Shown here: positions 27,013 through 29,704 of the stretch, in pieces
Layout: the number at the start of each line of letters is the position of its first letter
How positions within the stretch are numbered: the first letter of the stretch is position 1
NCBI GenBank assembly: GCA_031409655.1
Contig: JANNXQ010000104.1
Span: forward strand, 1-29,704
Origin: Chthoniobacteraceae bacterium
GTDB taxonomy: Bacteria > Verrucomicrobiota > Verrucomicrobiia > Chthoniobacterales > Chthoniobacteraceae
Reading direction: 5' to 3'
Length of the DNA stretch: 29,704 bases
Made by a program: the position numbers and the translations under genes
Notes under the pieces: generated by a model
What the model was told of the DNA's origin: nothing
The model's database searches: none
What the model saw: the letters and a program-made list of their open reading frames with translations, nothing else

Positions 27013-27195
27013 ATGTCCCTCATTCGCTCACTTTTTTGGTTCGGACTTTTCCTCGCTTCGACCTTCGGCTTCACGGTGCTTTTTGAGCACGGCACGACTG
27101 ACTTTGCGAACAACGCCAAGAAGGAAAAGGAATATCTGATGAAGATGGTGGGTCTGAACGCGCCGAAGGATGGCGCCAGCGAGGCGCCGCGGTAG
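27013..27195 (+). CDS. Small membrane protein (60 aa)
   Basis: One hydrophobic helix LFWFGLFLASTFGFTVLFEHG followed by a charged tail; fills the intergenic gap in the coding direction. Confidence 0.65.
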   Translation: MSLIRSLFWFGLFLASTFGFTVLFEHGTTDFANNAKKEKEYLMKMVGLNAPKDGASEAPR

Positions 27196-27309
27196 CGGTC
27201 CAGGCGGAGATTCCTCCGCGACGGAAAAAGAACGCGTTTCACGGCGCGCAACGACGGCGGGCATTGTCAAAGGGCGGAACGCGGTGCTAAGTTCACTGGT
27301 CTTCCTCCT

Positions 27310-28782
27310 ATGCCTATACAGACCGATAAGGACTTGTCCGAAAATGCGCGCCAGCTCTGGCTGAAAGCACTGAGTGCCGTCGAACTGCGGAACTACCCCT
27401 ACGCCATCTCGCTCATCCAGACGGTGCTCAAGGAATCGCCCGCCTTCCTCGACGGGCGCAAGCGGCTGCGGAAGGTGGAACTCGCGGTGAACAAGGGGAA
27501 GAAAAGCTTTCTCTCGGGCCTCTCCTCGGCCTCGATGAAAGGCGGCAGTGTGATGAAAAAGGATCCCATCGCGGCCATGGAACTCGCGGAAAAGGGCCTC
27601 GAGAATGATCCCACCAACTCCCAGGCGAATCATTTGCTGAAGGATGCCGCAAAGGCCGCCAATCTCCCGGAGATCGCCGCCTTTGCCCTCGAAACGCTCG
27701 CGGACGCGAACCCGAAGGATATGAAACTCCTGCACGAACTTGGCGAGCTCTACAGTTCGATGGGCGATTCGGACAAGGCCGTCACCCTTTACTCAAAGAT
27801 CGCCGAACTGAATCCCGCCGACCTCATCGCCGTGAAGCGCAGCAAGGACGCGGCGGCAAATGCGACGATGAAGAAGGGCGGCTGGGAAGCTGTGGCGGAA
27901 TCAGGCGGGAAGATGGACTACCGGAGCCTGATCAAGAACAAGGAAGAGGCCATTTCGCTGGAGCAAAAAGGCCGCGTGGTACGCGACGCGGACACCATCG
28001 ACGCGCAGCTCGCCGAACTGCACCCCGTGTGGGAAGCCCAGCAGGATCACGTGGATAATTCCAAGCGGATGGCCAAGCTCTGGGAGGAACGCCACGAGGT
28101 CGCGGCCACCGAGGAGACGCTCCCGAACGCGATCTACTTCTATCACCACACGAACACCGTCCTGAATGGCAGCGACCCCGGCATCGCCCGCAAGCTCACG
28201 GATCTGCAGATGAAGCAGACCGACGAGCAGATCAAAGCGAACGAAGACTACGCGGCGCAGACGGAGGCGTGGCTGGCGGGTGAAGGCGTTGGACACCCGG
28301 ATGCGGATCAATATCAGCAAGCGCTCGAGGAAGCGAAAATCACGGTGGCGGATTTGAAGAAAGGGCGCGACGAACTGCTCATCACCGAAGCCCGGCGGCG
28401 CATCGATCGCAACCCGACCGACCTCCAGCTCCGCTTCGAACTCGGCGAACTGCTCGTCAAAGCCGGGCAGTTCAACGAGGCCATTCCTGAACTCCAGCGC
28501 GCCCGGCAAAATCCCAATGCGCGGCTCAAAGCGATGATGATGCTGGGCGAGTGCTACGACGCGAAGGGCATGCTCGACTTTGCCGCCAAGCAGCTCAAGG
28601 AAGCGGGTAGCGAAATCCTCGCGATGGACATCACCAAGAAGTCCATCCTCTACAAGCTCGGCGTCGTCTATACGAAGATGGACATGAAGGCCGAGGCGCT
28701 CGCTTGTTTTAAGGAAATCTACGAGGTGGACTACGGCTATCTCGACGTCGCGGCGCGGGTCGAGGGTTCTTACCAAGGGTAA
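27310..28782 (+). CDS. Tetratricopeptide repeat protein
   Basis: TPR-like units LHELGELYSSMGDSDKAVTLY, RFELGELLVKAGQFNEAIPELQRA, LGECYDAKG, YKLGVVY; central coiled coil. Confidence 0.85.
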   Translation: MPIQTDKDLSENARQLWLKALSAVELRNYPYAISLIQTVLKESPAFLDGRKRLRKVELAVNKGKKSFLSGLSSASMKGGSVMKKDPIAAMELAEKGLENDPTNSQANHLLKDAAKAANLPEIAAFALETLADANPKDMKLLHELGELYSSMGDSDKAVTLYSKIAELNPADLIAVKRSKDAAANATMKKGGWEAVAESGGKMDYRSLIKNKEEAISLEQKGRVVRDADTIDAQLAELHPVWEAQQDHVDNSKRMAKLWEERHEVAATEETLPNAIYFYHHTNTVLNGSDPGIARKLTDLQMKQTDEQIKANEDYAAQTEAWLAGEGVGHPDADQYQQALEEAKITVADLKKGRDELLITEARRRIDRNPTDLQLRFELGELLVKAGQFNEAIPELQRARQNPNARLKAMMMLGECYDAKGMLDFAAKQLKEAGSEILAMDITKKSILYKLGVVYTKMDMKAEALACFKEIYEVDYGYLDVAARVEGSYQG

Positions 28783-28824
28783 CCTCGCGTCCGGCGCGTA
28801 CGGGCGCGGCCCCCCATTTTCCCA

Positions 28825-29704
28825 GTGGACCTCCTCACGATCGCCAGCCTGAAGCGCGCTGCGCTCGAGGGGAAAATCGAAGCGCGGGTCCATGCGCAAA
28901 TCGACACCCTGACGCGGAAAGACACCAAGGACGGCAAGCCTTACTGGGAGGTGATCGTCGCGGACGCTGAGGGCAAGCTGACCCTGCGCGCGTGGAGTGA
29001 TGGGCCGGCCTTTGCCATCTGCCAGGAGTTGGCTCCGGGAAACTTCATCGAGATCAGCGGAGAATTTGCCGCCAGCGCGGCTTTCGGCGTGGATGCGCGC
29101 CGCTGGACGGCTCGCGACCTCGATCCTCCGGAGCGCGACGCCGTGCTGGGCGGCCCGCCGGAATTACGCGCCCGCCAGGCTGCGGACTTCGAAAAAATCC
29201 GTGCCGTCGCCGAGGAGTTGCGTGATCCCCGTCTGCGCGCGCTCGCCGCGCTTTTCCTCGAGGAGTACGGCGACCGTTTCCGCCGAGCGGCGGCGGCGCG
29301 AGGGAATCATCATGCCCGGCGCGGCGGCCTCGTCGAACACGTCGCGCAAATGCTGCGCAGCGCGGAAGCCATCGCCGGCGCCTACCCGGCGCTGAATCGC
29401 GACGTACTCCTCGCCGGCGTGCTTTTCCATGACTGCGGGAAGCTGTGGGAAAACGCGCTGCCGGCGGATGGCTTCACCATGCCTTTTGACGAACTCGGCG
29501 AGTTGCTCGGCCACATCACCATCGGCATCGAGGTGGTGAATACACTCTGGCGACGAATCCAGCAGAAGCCCGAATGGGCCGGGTGGCTGCCGCTCGATCC
29601 CGCATGCGAAGATGTGCGCCTCCACCTGCTCCACCTGCTCGCGAGCCATCACGGAGAACTGCAATTCGGGAGCCCCGTCGTCCCGAAGACTCCCGAGGCA
29701 TGGG
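28825..29704 (+). CDS. yhaM: YhaM-like 3'-5' exoribonuclease (OB fold plus HD domain), truncated by the window end
   Basis: Translated by hand from GTG 28825: TKDGKPYW..VADAEG..LRAW, AAARGNHHARRGGLVEH, LFHDCGK, GELLGHI, SHHGELQFGSPVVPKTPEA. No stop in the window, so it is absent from the ORF track. Confidence 0.88.
   Translation, partial: MDLLTIASLKRAALEGKIEARVHAQIDTLTRKDTKDGKPYWEVIVADAEGKLTLRAWSDGPAFAICQELAPGNFIEISGEFAASAAFGVDARRWTARDLDPPERDAVLGGPPELRARQAADFEKIRAVAEELRDPRLRALAALFLEEYGDRFRRAAAARGNHHARRGGLVEHVAQMLRSAEAIAGAYPALNRDVLLAGVLFHDCGKLWENALPADGFTMPFDELGELLGHITIGIEVVNTLWRRIQQKPEWAGWLPLDPACEDVRLHLLHLLASHHGELQFGSPVVPKTPEAW

Overview
GC-rich bacterial window. The gene set, the A/C-rich leaders lacking Shine-Dalgarno sites and the repeat style suggest Verrucomicrobia/PVC (inference). 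Core genes: NifS/IscS-type desulfurase, dnaK-groES-groEL, rimO, an orphan sigma54 activator, a class I glutamine amidotransferase, rpoN, a GT11 glycosyltransferase, a TPR protein and a 3'-truncated YhaM-like nuclease absent from the ORF track. The accessory middle (5.8-20 kb) has three blocks. (i) A 1321-aa secreted protein: methyltransferase-like fold, beta-propellers and LamG, with a His/Cys cluster. (ii) A defence-like patch: a nucleotidyltransferase with a coupled 58-aa partner, a Mrr-type nuclease/SF2 helicase ending in four Trp-rich repeats with no methyltransferase, and a probable Fic gene remnant. (iii) An operon: Cys-motif exported protein, tandem-domain ModA-like lipoprotein, ModB, ModC and a HesA-like E1 enzyme. 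Blocks (ii) and (iii), the latter possibly with (i), are the best candidates for undescribed systems. Two related REP-like palindromes, a possible IS/MITE end and several sigma54-type signals are also visible. All family assignments come from motif recognition by eye; no searches were run.
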